Of a stretch of DNA of 58,966 bases, positions 8,752 through 18,383 are shown one piece after another. A program made the translations under genes and the position numbers. Numbering within the stretch: position 1 is the stretch's first letter; each line of letters opens with the position of its first letter. Origin of the DNA: an uncultured Candidatus Saccharibacteria bacterium (GTDB lineage Bacteria; Patescibacteriota; Minisyncoccia; Minisyncoccales; UBA1441); contig CAYLQR010000007.1 in NCBI GenBank assembly GCA_964386365.1, forward strand, positions 1-58,966. The letters are read 5' to 3'. The notes beneath the pieces are model-generated. The model was not told the origin of the DNA. It saw only the letters and a program-made list of their open reading frames with translations, and searched no databases.

Positions 8752-9497
8752 GATAATGTTGAAAGTATTCTAGGTCCTTCAGAAGTAATAGCTACCATGT
8801 GTTCAAAATGAGCAGTTAAAGAACGGTCAATTGAACGATAGCTAAAACCATCTTCTCCTTTTTCAATAGAAGTAGACCCAGCCCCAACAATTGGTTCAAT
8901 ACAAATGACTAATCCTGGTTTAAGTTTTTCTCCTTTTCCGGGAGAACCAAAGTTAAAAATAGTTGGATTTTCGTGAAGCCTTCGCCCAATTCCATGGCCA
9001 GTTAACTCTCTAATTACTCCAAACCCCTGTTTTTTAACATAGCTTTCTACAGCCCAACCTATATCTCCCGAGAAAGAACCAGCCTGGGCTGCTTCTATCC
9101 CCTCAAGAAGAGCCGCCTCAGTTACTTCTAAAAGTTTCTGAGCTGAAGAAGAAATTTTTCCCACTCCAACTGTAATCGCGGAATCACTCTGGAATCCATC
9201 TTTTTCTAAACCCAAATCCAAGGAAAGGATGTCTCCTGGTTGGAGTCGATATTCGCTTGGGGGTTGATGAACAGCTACTTCATTGATTGAAGCACATAAA
9301 GTAGCTGGAAATCCTTGATAATTTTTAAAATTCGGCTTTCCTCCTTCAGCCGCAATTAATTCTTCAGCCCATTTATTTAAATCACTAGTTTTAACTCCAG
9401 CTCTAACCCGCGCTTTTAATTTTTGAAGAATTGAGGCCAGGCTTCTTCCCGCCTCGGCCATTTTCTCAATTTCTTTTTCAGTCTTCAACTCTATCAT
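8748..9497 (-). CDS. map: type I methionine aminopeptidase
   Basis: 249 aa with metal-ligand context ILSLDLG..DGFQSDSAIT, LTGHGIG, ICIEP, AHFEHMV. Confidence 0.94.
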   Translation of the reverse strand: MIELKTEKEIEKMAEAGRSLASILQKLKARVRAGVKTSDLNKWAEELIAAEGGKPNFKNYQGFPATLCASINEVAVHQPPSEYRLQPGDILSLDLGLEKDGFQSDSAITVGVGKISSSAQKLLEVTEAALLEGIEAAQAGSFSGDIGWAVESYVKKQGFGVIRELTGHGIGRRLHENPTIFNFGSPGKGEKLKPGLVICIEPIVGAGSTSIEKGEDGFSYRSIDRSLTAHFEHMVAITSEGPRILSTLS

Positions 9498-10084
9498 CCT
9501 AATTTTAGGGCTCGGATAATTGATTGATAAATTTCTTCAATCGGAGGATGTCCGTCAATTTCAACAAGAATCCCTCGCTGACGATAACCTTCGATAACTG
9601 GCAAAGTTTGCTTACGGAACCAGGTCCACTTTCGGTCTAGAGTTGACAACGTATCATCGTCTCGACGACGACCTGTCTTTGCTAAAAGACGTTCTTTTGA
9701 TTCCTTGTAATCAATATTAAGATAAATAGCCCGATATTCATCTTGCCAATTATACCAATCAATTCCAGAATCAATGAGCCTTTCTTCAAAGGGACATCGA
9801 GGACTACCATCAATAATTAAACCAGGAAAAGGAGAAATATTTTTCACCTTTTCCATTTCCCAATCCCAAAGACTAGCAACAATCAAACTAGAAGCTAGCT
9901 TTCCTTCTTCTAAATATTGGCTAACCTTTTTCCCAGTAAAATCATTTTTCTTCCTTCTCTGGCGAAGAAGATCTCCTGTCCCAATATAATGGAAACCAAA
10001 TCCTTCTACTAATTTTTTAGCCTGGGTCCCCTTTCCACTTCCAGAAGGACCTAAAAAAGACAAAACGTAATTAGAAGCTTTCAT
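9494..10084 (-). CDS. adk: adenylate kinase (short, divergent)
   Basis: P-loop LGPSGSGKGTQAKKL, GTGDLLR motif, position between secY and map. Confidence 0.85.
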   Translation of the reverse strand: MKASNYVLSFLGPSGSGKGTQAKKLVEGFGFHYIGTGDLLRQRRKKNDFTGKKVSQYLEEGKLASSLIVASLWDWEMEKVKNISPFPGLIIDGSPRCPFEERLIDSGIDWYNWQDEYRAIYLNIDYKESKERLLAKTGRRRDDDTLSTLDRKWTWFRKQTLPVIEGYRQRGILVEIDGHPPIEEIYQSIIRALKLG

Positions 10085-11348
10085 ATTCTCGAACCTTCAT
10101 TTGGGCTTTAATTTGACGCATAGTCTCTAGAACAACGCTCACAACAATCAGAAGAGCTGTTCCGCCAATTAAGAAAGTGAAACCAGTCATTCCAATCATT
10201 CCTTGAATTAAAGAAGGCATAATGGCCACTAATCCCAAAAAGATAGCTCCGACAAACAAACAACGATAAAGAATTGATTTTAATTTTTGAGCCGTTGATT
10301 TACCTGGTCTTATCCCCGGAATAAAACCGCCTGATTTCTGAAGATTATCAGCAATCTTTCCTGGATCAAAAGTAATCTGGGTATAGAAAAAAGCAAAGCC
10401 AACCACTAAAAGGAAATAGCTAATGTTATAAGACCAAGGATTAGTCAGAAAAGCTTCAATTCCTTGAGCAATTTGGCCTCCCCAGCTACCCCAATTAGCT
10501 ATTGCCTGACTAATCATTTGAGGAAACATTAAGAGAGCTAAAGCAAAAATAATAGGCATTACTCCAGCCGGATTAAGGGGAATCGGAAGATAAGTAGAAG
10601 TCCCTCCATACATTCGACGCCCCTTAACTCTTTTAGTATAAGAGACAGGAACATTCCGCCGAGCTTCATTAACTAAAACTACTAAAGCAATCATCACCAG
10701 AGCAATTATCCCAAAAAGGATATAAGAACCAAGCTGACTAAGATTCCAGCCAACTAAAAGTTGTTGCAGATAAACAGGAGTTCGAGCAATAATTCCAGCA
10801 AAAATCATAATGGAAACACCATTTCCAACCCCTTGCTCTGTAATAAGTTCTCCTAGCCACATTAACATTAAAGCTCCAGCCATAACTGTTGCCAAATAGG
10901 CAACTATTGTTAAGGAAGAAAGAGAACTGACGACTCCTTGGGATTGAAGAAGAGCTAGCATTCCATAGCCTTGCAAAAGAGCTAAAGGAGCAGTCAGCCA
11001 TCGCCCATAACGATTGAAACGTTTCTTTCCCGCTTCGCCTTCCTCTTTGTAAATCCTTTCTAAGGCCGGGAAAATCATTGTTGCTAATTGGAGGCCAATC
11101 ACCGCTGTAATATAGGGACCCATCCCCAACATAACAATTGAGAATTGAGCCAAAGCTCCCCCACTAAAAATATTCAAAAGACCCAAGACTTGGCTTTGAT
11201 TGAAGAATTCTTCTAACCGGCTAGTATCTACCCCCGGAACGGGAATATTAGCTAGCAAGCGGAAAATAGCTAAAATCAATAAAACAAAGAAAAGCTTTTT
11301 CCGAAGGGCAGTATTTTTCCAAAGATTGATTAGATTTTGTCCAAACAT
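10071..11348 (-). CDS. secY: preprotein translocase subunit SecY
   Basis: 425 aa, about 10 hydrophobic spans, typical SecY segments (GMGPYITA.I..QL, LGELITEQGVGNGVS), synteny after rplO. Confidence 0.95.
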   Translation of the reverse strand: MFGQNLINLWKNTALRKKLFFVLLILAIFRLLANIPVPGVDTSRLEEFFNQSQVLGLLNIFSGGALAQFSIVMLGMGPYITAVIGLQLATMIFPALERIYKEEGEAGKKRFNRYGRWLTAPLALLQGYGMLALLQSQGVVSSLSSLTIVAYLATVMAGALMLMWLGELITEQGVGNGVSIMIFAGIIARTPVYLQQLLVGWNLSQLGSYILFGIIALVMIALVVLVNEARRNVPVSYTKRVKGRRMYGGTSTYLPIPLNPAGVMPIIFALALLMFPQMISQAIANWGSWGGQIAQGIEAFLTNPWSYNISYFLLVVGFAFFYTQITFDPGKIADNLQKSGGFIPGIRPGKSTAQKLKSILYRCLFVGAIFLGLVAIMPSLIQGMIGMTGFTFLIGGTALLIVVSVVLETMRQIKAQMKVREYESF

Positions 11349-11350
11349 AA

Positions 11351-11785
11351 TTAGTCTTTAATCTGACCGCCAGCCTTCTCTATTTGTTCCCGAGCAGCTT
11401 TAGAAAACTGACAATTTTCAAAAGTTAATTTCTTTGTCAATTCTCCGGAAGAAAGAATCTTTACCTTAAACTTAGAATTAGGAGAAAAAGAAATAATCTT
11501 CTTTTCTTTTAAGGTTTGAGAATTAACCGTTTCTCCTTCAGAAAATTTGTTTTCTACTTCTTCTAGCTGAACAATTATTTTTTCTAAACGAGAAGGATGA
11601 AAACCAATCCCTTTCTTTTTATGATAACGCTTAATTAAAGGCCGAATCATGGGCTCAAAGTTTGAGCCAGCTCTAGATTTTTGTCCTTTAACTCCTCGAC
11701 CGGAATAAGTTCCCTTTTTCCCTCCTCGGCCGCGGCGCTTCTTATTTTGAAGCGGCTTCTTGGATTTTAGCTGATTTAGTTGCAT
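11351..11785 (-). CDS. rplO: 50S ribosomal protein L15
   Basis: MQLNQLKSKK..RRGRGGKKGTYSGRGVKGQKSR. Start lies 44 nt inside the rpsE tail. Confidence 0.94.
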   Translation of the reverse strand: MQLNQLKSKKPLQNKKRRGRGGKKGTYSGRGVKGQKSRAGSNFEPMIRPLIKRYHKKKGIGFHPSRLEKIIVQLEEVENKFSEGETVNSQTLKEKKIISFSPNSKFKVKILSSGELTKKLTFENCQFSKAAREQIEKAGGQIKD

Positions 11786-12233
11786 AATCTTTCAATTGTT
11801 GAAAAGCATCAAGAGTTGCTCGAGCAATATTCAAACTATTTTTTGAACGAGAAAGAACTTTAGCTGAAAGAGATTGAATCCCTGCTAATTGGCAAAGTGT
11901 CCGAACAGTTGCCCCAGCTGACAAACCCTGGCCACTTTTAGGCCGGAACAGAACTTCTGAAGCTCCAGCTTTTCCGGTAACTGAACAGAAAATAGTCCCC
12001 TCCTTAATTTCAACTTTAATCATTTTCTTTTCAGCCGTTCTTCGAGCTTTATTAATTGCCTCTCGAACGCTCAACCCTTTAGCTACTCCCAAACCTAGGC
12101 GACCTTTTTGATCTCCAACTGCTATAACAGCTCGAAATCTTAACCGTCTTCCTCCGGCAGATACTCTCGTCACTCGGCTTAAATCTAAAACTCTTGACTC
12201 TAATTCATTTTTTTTCTTAACTCTTGGTTTCAT
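11742..12233 (-). CDS. rpsE: 30S ribosomal protein S5
   Basis: RVTRVSAGGRRLRFRAVIAVGDQKGRLGLGVAK and the C-terminal S5 domain. Confidence 0.95.
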   Translation of the reverse strand: MKPRVKKKNELESRVLDLSRVTRVSAGGRRLRFRAVIAVGDQKGRLGLGVAKGLSVREAINKARRTAEKKMIKVEIKEGTIFCSVTGKAGASEVLFRPKSGQGLSAGATVRTLCQLAGIQSLSAKVLSRSKNSLNIARATLDAFQQLKDYATKSAKIQEAASK

Positions 12234-12239
12234 CGATAT

Positions 12240-12578
12240 TTAAAACTTTAAGTCTGCTTCTCGAACCGCTTCCGCAAAAGCTTTTACTCGACCATGGTAA
12301 TAATAACCGGCTCGATCAAAAACTACCTTTTCTATTCCTTTTTCTTTAGCTTTTTTAGTAATTTCTTTACCAACTTGAGCTGCCTTTTCTAACTTCGTTC
12401 CCTTTTTTAAAGAAAGATCAGAAGCAGAAGCTAAAACTTTTCCTTGGTCATCATCTATCATCTGAGAATAAAAATGGGCTGAAGAACGAAAAACCACCAA
12501 TCTTGGTCTTTCTTTGGTCCCTTGGACCTTAGCCCTAATTTTCCGATGTCTTCTTTGTCTTGAAGCTTGATTAATCAT
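12240..12578 (-). CDS. rplR: 50S ribosomal protein L18
   Basis: [20 protein letters not shown] ... [22 protein letters not shown]. Confidence 0.95.
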   Translation of the reverse strand: MINQASRQRRHRKIRAKVQGTKERPRLVVFRSSAHFYSQMIDDDQGKVLASASDLSLKKGTKLEKAAQVGKEITKKAKEKGIEKVVFDRAGYYYHGRVKAFAEAVREADLKF

Positions 12579-12589
12579 TTCTTTTTTTA

Positions 12590-13132
12590 TTAGCTAGAAG
12601 CAGCTGCTTTCTTCCCTTCCTTTCTTTGAATCTCCTCCCCTAAATAGTGGATTCCTTTTCCCTTGTAAGGTTCGGGCGGGCGAACAGCTCTGATTTGGGC
12701 AGCTACTTTTCCTACCTGATCCTTGCGAATACCCGAAACAATAATCTTCCCTTTTTCAACTTCAAATTTAATTTCTTCTTCCGGTTTAATAACTACTGAA
12801 TGAGAAAAACCAACTTCTAAAACTAATTTTTCTTCTTCCATCTTGGCTCGGTAGCCAACCCCTTCTAACTCTAAAGTTTTTTCCCAGCCCTGGGTCACTC
12901 CTTGAACATCATTGGCTAAAAGAGAACGGAATAATCCTTGAAAAGCTTTAGCTGCTTTACTTTCTTCAACAACAATTACCGAAGCTTCCGATCCTTTTAA
13001 TTCCAATTTTACCTCCGGTCTCCATAGCCGGCTAATAGTCCCTCGAGGCCCTTTGACATGGACCTCTCCTTCCTTTTCTTTTACTTCTACTCCTTCTGGG
13101 AGAAGAACTGGTTTTTTACCTATTCGACTCAT
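12590..13132 (-). CDS. rplF: 50S ribosomal protein L6
   Basis: [17 protein letters not shown] ... [11 protein letters not shown]. Confidence 0.95.
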   Translation of the reverse strand: MSRIGKKPVLLPEGVEVKEKEGEVHVKGPRGTISRLWRPEVKLELKGSEASVIVVEESKAAKAFQGLFRSLLANDVQGVTQGWEKTLELEGVGYRAKMEEEKLVLEVGFSHSVVIKPEEEIKFEVEKGKIIVSGIRKDQVGKVAAQIRAVRPPEPYKGKGIHYLGEEIQRKEGKKAAASS

Positions 13133-13133
13133 A

Positions 13134-13517
13134 TTACCAAACTCGCATAATTACTTCTCCTCCAATTTCTTTTTTTCTTGCTTCTTCTCCCGACATCAAG
13201 CCGTGAGAAGTAGAAAGAATAAGCAAACCCTTTCCTCTTCTAATTTCTTTAGTGGAAATATAAAAACGGCGACCAGGTTTAGAAATTCTTTGAAAACCAG
13301 AAATAGCTGGCTCCCCCTCAAAATATTGGAGGACCAAGCCTAATCTATTTTTAGAACCTAGGCCTCTTCTCTTCAATTCATTCAGATAATGATGCTTCTT
13401 TAACAATTTAGCAAGAGCTAATTTCACCTTAGAAGCTGGCAACCAAACCACCGGTTTCTTAACCGCTTGGCTATTCATAATCTGATTTAACATGTCACTT
13501 AAGGGATCAGTCATCAT
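13134..13517 (-). CDS. rpsH: 30S ribosomal protein S8
   Basis: TDPLSDMLNQIMNS N-terminus, GGEVIMRVW C-terminus. Confidence 0.95.
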   Translation of the reverse strand: MMTDPLSDMLNQIMNSQAVKKPVVWLPASKVKLALAKLLKKHHYLNELKRRGLGSKNRLGLVLQYFEGEPAISGFQRISKPGRRFYISTKEIRRGKGLLILSTSHGLMSGEEARKKEIGGEVIMRVW

Positions 13518-13550
13518 AATTTTCTGAAATTATCAAGTTTCGCCATAATT

Positions 13551-13736
13551 TTACCAACTACTTTTTCTTACTCCAGGAATTTTCCCCTCTCGGGCTAATT
13601 CCTTAAAACAAATTCGACAAAGGCCAAATTCTCTCATATAACCATGCCTCCGTCCACAACGAGAACAACGATTCACCTTCTGAGTAGAATATTTTGGCTC
13701 CTTTTTGCTTTTAGCAATTTTTGATTTCTTCGCCAT
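13551..13736 (-). CDS. rpsN: 30S ribosomal protein S14, type Z (zinc-binding)
   Basis: 61 aa, [25 protein letters not shown] ... RKSSW. Confidence 0.95.
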   Translation of the reverse strand: MAKKSKIAKSKKEPKYSTQKVNRCSRCGRRHGYMREFGLCRICFKELAREGKIPGVRKSSW

Positions 13737-13741
13737 TTTCT

Positions 13742-14299
13742 CTATTTTTTCCAGGGAAACCCCAGTAAATCTAATAATTTTTTAGCTTTTTCTTTATCTT
13801 TTGTCGTGGTGACTATAGTTATTCCCAAGCCAAAAGAACGTCTCTCTTCTTCAGCTGAAATCTCAGGGAAAACTAACTGTTCTTCAAAACCAATCGTCAG
13901 ATTGCCTTCTCCGTCTAGAGAAGCGGGATCAATTCCCTGAAAATCCCTAGTTCGAGGAAGAGTTAGATAGATTAACCTTTCTAAAAAATCATACATTCGG
14001 CCCCCTCTTAAGGTCGATTGGTAACCAATTGGAGCTCCTTCTCGCAGATGAAAACCAGCAATTGATTTTTTAGCTTTTCTTAAAGCTGGTTTCTGGCCAG
14101 TGATAAGAGCTAAATCTTTTTCTATTTCCTGAAGAATTTTATCTGCCTTATCCTTCTTACTATCCCCTAACAAACGAGCAAAACTAGTATTCACAACCAC
14201 TTTTTCCACTCTTGGAACTGCCAAATCATTACGATAACCAAACTCTTTCTTCAAGAGAGGGATAACTTCTTTTTGATATTTCTCTTTTAATCTTAACAT
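13742..14299 (-). CDS. rplE: 50S ribosomal protein L5
   Basis: [25 protein letters not shown] motifs; synteny. Confidence 0.95.
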   Translation of the reverse strand: MLRLKEKYQKEVIPLLKKEFGYRNDLAVPRVEKVVVNTSFARLLGDSKKDKADKILQEIEKDLALITGQKPALRKAKKSIAGFHLREGAPIGYQSTLRGGRMYDFLERLIYLTLPRTRDFQGIDPASLDGEGNLTIGFEEQLVFPEISAEEERRSFGLGITIVTTTKDKEKAKKLLDLLGFPWKK

Positions 14300-14314
14300 A
14301 TCTCTAAATAATTC

Positions 14315-14626
14315 CTAATCGATCACTTGCTGACATTTTTTACAAAACCGGACTTTCTTTTCTCCTTTTTGAATAAAGCCAATCCGCGTAGGTTTATGAC
14401 AATGAGGACAAACTAATTGAACATTTGAAACATCAATCCTTCTAGAAATTTGGACAATTTGCCCCTTTTCTCCCTCTCGACGAGGGCGAATAGCTTTTTT
14501 AACCAAACCCACTCCCTCAACTTTTATCTTCCCTAATTGAGGAAAACATTCTTTAACTTTTCCTTTTTTCCCCTTGTCTTTCCCAGCAATAACCAGGACT
14601 AAATCATTTTTTTTAATCTTCATCAT
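14315..14626 (-). CDS. rplX: 50S ribosomal protein L24 (Cys4 variant)
   Basis: KOW motif KKNDLVLVIAGKDKGKKGKV; C-terminal CPHC..x19..CKKC. Confidence 0.93.
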   Translation of the reverse strand: MMKIKKNDLVLVIAGKDKGKKGKVKECFPQLGKIKVEGVGLVKKAIRPRREGEKGQIVQISRRIDVSNVQLVCPHCHKPTRIGFIQKGEKKVRFCKKCQQVID

Positions 14627-14630
14627 ATTC

Positions 14631-14999
14631 TTAGAGAACTTCTTCTGCTAAAGCAACAATTTGCTTGTAACCTTTGATTTTTAACTCTCGAGGAATAGGC
14701 CCAATGATTCGACCCCCTTTAATATTCTTTTCTTTGTCCAAAACAACAGCTGCGTTTTCATCAAAAGAGATATAGGAACCATCCTCTCGGCGATAAGGTT
14801 TTTTCTGGCGGACAATTACTGCCCGAATAATTTCATGCTTCTTAACAATCTTTCGAGGTTCAGCTTCCTTAACAACCCCCACTATAACATCGCCTAATTG
14901 AGCATAGCGCCGGCGGCTACCCCCTAAGACCTTCACACACTGGATCACTTTGGCTCCAGAATTATCAGCTATTTTTAATTTCGTCTGAGCTTGAATCAT
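14631..14999 (-). CDS. rplN: 50S ribosomal protein L14
   Basis: ORF 14631..15056 trimmed to internal Met (MIQAQTKLKIADNSGAK), giving the canonical 122 aa. Confidence 0.94.
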   Translation of the reverse strand: MIQAQTKLKIADNSGAKVIQCVKVLGGSRRRYAQLGDVIVGVVKEAEPRKIVKKHEIIRAVIVRQKKPYRREDGSYISFDENAAVVLDKEKNIKGGRIIGPIPRELKIKGYKQIVALAEEVL

Positions 15000-15231
15000 G
15001 AATTTTTTGAATAATCCTCCAATGTTTTCTTTTGCTTTGAGGACGACATTCTTCAATAATTACTTTTTCTCCCTCTCGATATTGGTTGTTTGGATCATCA
15101 ACCTGATACTTTCGAGAAATTTTCATCCTTTTTTGGTAACGAGGATGAGCCTTAACTCTTTCTACTAAGACAACTGCCGTCTTATCTGTTTTATGAGAAA
15201 CAATTGTTCCCTCTAATTTATGTTTAGGCAT
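14965..15231 (-). CDS. rpsQ: 30S ribosomal protein S17
   Basis: LEGTIVSHKTDKTAVVLVERVKAHPRYQK; tail overlaps the rplN start by 35 nt. Confidence 0.93.
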   Translation of the reverse strand: MPKHKLEGTIVSHKTDKTAVVLVERVKAHPRYQKRMKISRKYQVDDPNNQYREGEKVIIEECRPQSKRKHWRIIQKIHDSSSDEIKNS

Positions 15232-15412
15232 GTTTTTCTTTCAGAATAGTTAAAATTTGAGCAATGGCTTTTCGACCCTTCTTCATCTGATTAACTTGCT
15301 TCAGTTGCCCAGCTGCTCTCTGAAAACGCAGTTTTCTTAATCTTTCCCTTTCTTCAGATAAAAGAGAAAACAATTCTTTCTCTGATTTTTTTCTCAAATC
15401 AACTGTTTTCAT
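15224..15412 (-). CDS. rpmC: 50S ribosomal protein L29
   Basis: 62 aa, [25 protein letters not shown]. Confidence 0.93.
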   Translation of the reverse strand: MKTVDLRKKSEKELFSLLSEERERLRKLRFQRAAGQLKQVNQMKKGRKAIAQILTILKEKHA

Positions 15413-15825
15413 AACGTTTCTCTTTTAACAAATTTCATTTTTAAAGGAAGCTTATCAGCTGCTTTTCGAAAAGCTTCTCGAGCTGTCTCTTCATCTAATC
15501 CATCCAATTCAAAAACCATTCGACCGGGCTTCACTGGGAAAACATAATGATCAACAATTCCTTTTCCTCCCCCCATTCCAACTTCTATTCCCTTGGAAGT
15601 AATTGGCTTATCAGGAAAAATTCTAATCCAAAGCTTACCTCCTTTCTTCAAATAACGAATAATGGCTCGCCGAGCAGCTTCAATCTGCCTAGCTGATAAC
15701 CGGCCTCGCCCTAAAGCTTTAAGCCCGTAACTGCCAAAATCCAATTCCGTCACTCGATGCTCAATTCCTTTTGAGCGCCCTTTTTGCCATTTCCGATGTT
15801 TTACTTTTCGTGGTTGAAGTAACAT
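15409..15825 (-). CDS. rplP: 50S ribosomal protein L16
   Basis: [17 protein letters not shown] ... [11 protein letters not shown]. Confidence 0.96.
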   Translation of the reverse strand: MLLQPRKVKHRKWQKGRSKGIEHRVTELDFGSYGLKALGRGRLSARQIEAARRAIIRYLKKGGKLWIRIFPDKPITSKGIEVGMGGGKGIVDHYVFPVKPGRMVFELDGLDEETAREAFRKAADKLPLKMKFVKRETL

Positions 15826-15827
15826 GA

Positions 15828-16463
15828 TTAATTAAATTCTTCCCCTTTGTAAAGCCAAATTTTAATTCCAATAACTCCATAAGTGCAAAAAGCTTCTTCT
15901 TGAGCATAATCAATTTTAGCTCTTAAGGTCTGCCGAGGCATCTTCCCTTGGTGTAATTTTTCCTGCCGAGCAATTTCTTGACCATTCAAGCGGCCAGCTA
16001 ATTGAATTCTCACTCCTTCCGTTCCTCTAGCATTGAAAGCCTTTTCCAAAGCTTGAGTCATAACTCGGCGATAAGGAACTCTTTTTTCTAATTGCTGAGC
16101 AATCCATTGTCCAACTAATTCTGCCGAAGTCCAAGCATCTTTAATCTCTTCAATCTGTAAAAAAAGCTTTCTTGGTTCTTGAAGCTGTTTCTCAATTCCT
16201 TTCTTCAATTCCTCGACTCTCTTTCCCCCTCGTCCAATCACTAAACCAGGACGAGCCGTCCGCAGAACAACTTTTAATTGATCACCAGCTCTTTGAATTT
16301 GAATATTTTCTAAAGAAGCTTCTTTGAGCTCTTTACTTAAAAATTTCCTTATTTTTCCATCTTCCTCTAAATATTGAGGATAATTTTTACCATAAAACCC
16401 TCGACTTTCCCAGTCTTGAGTCAAATGAAGACGAAAAGCTTTTGGATGTACTTTACGAGCCAT
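15828..16463 (-). CDS. rpsC: 30S ribosomal protein S3
   Basis: [17 protein letters not shown]-domain [11 protein letters not shown]. Confidence 0.96.
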   Translation of the reverse strand: MARKVHPKAFRLHLTQDWESRGFYGKNYPQYLEEDGKIRKFLSKELKEASLENIQIQRAGDQLKVVLRTARPGLVIGRGGKRVEELKKGIEKQLQEPRKLFLQIEEIKDAWTSAELVGQWIAQQLEKRVPYRRVMTQALEKAFNARGTEGVRIQLAGRLNGQEIARQEKLHQGKMPRQTLRAKIDYAQEEAFCTYGVIGIKIWLYKGEEFN

Positions 16464-16806
16464 ATTCTTCTAAAATAATAGTAACTCGGGAAGTCTTTTT
16501 ATCAAGTGGAGAAGTTCTTCCCCGAGCCGCCGGTCGAAACCTTTTTAATTTCCGGCCCTCATCAACTCTAATTTCTTGAATAAATAACTTATCCTCTTCC
16601 ATCTTTTGTTGACGAGCATTCGAAACAGCTGAATTCAAAACTTTTTTTAAAGGCTTAGTTGCCTTCCAAGGAGAAAAAGAAAGAATATTTATTGCTTCTA
16701 TTACCTTTTTCCCACGAATAAGATCAACCACTCTTCTCACTTTGCGAGGAGAGATTCTCAAATCATTTAATTTCGCTTGAACTTGTTTTTGAATTTTCTT
16801 TTCCAT
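16453..16806 (-). CDS. rplV: 50S ribosomal protein L22
   Basis: AKLNDLRISPRKVRRVVDLIRGK. Confidence 0.95.
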   Translation of the reverse strand: MEKKIQKQVQAKLNDLRISPRKVRRVVDLIRGKKVIEAINILSFSPWKATKPLKKVLNSAVSNARQQKMEEDKLFIQEIRVDEGRKLKRFRPAARGRTSPLDKKTSRVTIILEEYGS

Positions 16807-16814
16807 CTTCTTGC

Positions 16815-17096
16815 TTAACCTTGCTCTAATTCTCTTTGCATCTTTCCACCATGGCGAACAAACTTTGTCGTTGGGGAAAATTCTCCTAACTTATGGCCAA
16901 CCATGTCTTCTCGAATCTTCACTGGAATAAACTCTTTCCCGTTGTAAACCTCAAAAGCATAACCAATCATCTCGGGAGTAATCGTTGCTGCTCGAGACCA
17001 GGTTCGAATTGTTTCTTTAGCCGGATCTTTAATCTTTTTAACCTTTTTCAAAAGTTTCTCGTCAATATAAGGACCCTTTTTAAGACTTCTTGGCAT
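16815..17096 (-). CDS. rpsS: 30S ribosomal protein S19
   Basis: PRSLKKGPYIDEKLLKKV ... GHKLGEFSPTTKF. Confidence 0.96.
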   Translation of the reverse strand: MPRSLKKGPYIDEKLLKKVKKIKDPAKETIRTWSRAATITPEMIGYAFEVYNGKEFIPVKIREDMVGHKLGEFSPTTKFVRHGGKMQRELEQG

Positions 17097-17110
17097 AATT
17101 CTAATAAATA

Positions 17111-17944
17111 TTATTTTCTTTTCTTTTTCTTTCGTCGGCGAATGATAAGACGATTAGAAGATTTTCCTTTCTTTCGAGTCTTTACTCCATAAGCCGGCTT
17201 CCCCCACTTTGTCTTAGGATGCTTAAGACCAATTCCAGTTCGACCTTCTCCTCCACCATGCGGATGATCAACTGGGTTCATAGCTGACCCCCTGACAAAC
17301 GATCTTCTTCCAAGATGACGAGCTCGACCAGCTTTTCCAATTTTTTCAAAACGGTGTTGGGGATTAGAAAGTTGACCAACGCTAGCCCAACATTCTCCTA
17401 AAATCTTTCTTATCTCGCCCGAAGGAAGTTTCAGTTGAGTATATTTTTCTTCCTGAGCTAAAATTTGGGCTCCGACTCCAGCACTTTTAACTAATTTTCC
17501 TCCCTGATTAGGTTTTAATTCTATATTATAAACCATTGTTCCCTGAGGAACATTTTTTAATTTTAGACGGTTACCAATTAAAAGCTCTCCTTTTTCTTCT
17601 TTTCTTATCTCGTCTCCCGTTTTTAAGGTCTGTGGAGCTAAAAAGTAAAACTTTTTCTGATTTTCGTCTTCAACTAAAGCAATGCGGGCTGAGCGATTAG
17701 GATCATATTCTAAAGCCAAAACCTTAAATCTCTTGCCAATAGCTCCCCCTTTAAAATCGATTATTCGATATTTTCTCTTGGCTCCCCCTCCCCGATGACG
17801 GACAGTAATTCGGCCTGAACTTGAACGACCAGCCTTTTTCTTTAAAGGCTTTAAGAGGCCTTTAGTCGAAGGCTTAGTCAATTCTTTTCTTTCAACGAAA
17901 GTCATTCCTCGGCGTCCGGGACTAGTGGGTTTAACTTTTTTCAT
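17111..17944 (-). CDS. rplB: 50S ribosomal protein L2
   Basis: SPGRRGM, RHRGGG, MNPVDHPHGGGEGRT. Confidence 0.97.
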   Translation of the reverse strand: MKKVKPTSPGRRGMTFVERKELTKPSTKGLLKPLKKKAGRSSSGRITVRHRGGGAKRKYRIIDFKGGAIGKRFKVLALEYDPNRSARIALVEDENQKKFYFLAPQTLKTGDEIRKEEKGELLIGNRLKLKNVPQGTMVYNIELKPNQGGKLVKSAGVGAQILAQEEKYTQLKLPSGEIRKILGECWASVGQLSNPQHRFEKIGKAGRARHLGRRSFVRGSAMNPVDHPHGGGEGRTGIGLKHPKTKWGKPAYGVKTRKKGKSSNRLIIRRRKKKKRK

Positions 17945-17945
17945 C

Positions 17946-18383
17946 TTAATGAATATTAACCTTCTCTCCAGGCATTATTTGAATAATAGCTTTTTTCCAA
18001 GCAGAACGATAGCCAGTTTTTCCTCTCCAATTTCTTTTCTTTCGCGGTAAGTTAATCAAACGAACCTTTTTGACCTTTACTCCATACATTTCTTCAAAAG
18101 CTCGAGCAATCTCTAACTTATTAGCTTTTTTAGTAACTCGGAAAACATATTGACCTTCTTCTTCCAAACGAGCAGCTTTTTCTGAAACATGGATAGACTC
18201 TAAAAGCTTAGCTGGCCGATCAGTCTTTTCCTTTCGACGAATCGGAGTTTTTTTCTCTACCACTTCTTCCTTTGTTTCTTCTTTCTTTATTTCTTCTTTC
18301 AAAGCCGAAGAAGCTGGCTTCGGAGTTTTTTTCTCTTCCTCTGAAGATTCCTTTTTCTTTCTAAAATCTGAAAAAAGACTCAT
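17946..18383 (-). CDS. rplW: 50S ribosomal protein L23 with about 55-aa Lys/Glu-rich N-terminal extension
   Basis: Core LLESIHVSEKAARLEEEGQYVFRVTKKANKLEIARAFEEMYGVKV. ATGA overlap with the rplD stop supports the long start. Confidence 0.9.
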   Translation of the reverse strand: MSLFSDFRKKKESSEEEKKTPKPASSALKEEIKKEETKEEVVEKKTPIRRKEKTDRPAKLLESIHVSEKAARLEEEGQYVFRVTKKANKLEIARAFEEMYGVKVKKVRLINLPRKKRNWRGKTGYRSAWKKAIIQIMPGEKVNIH

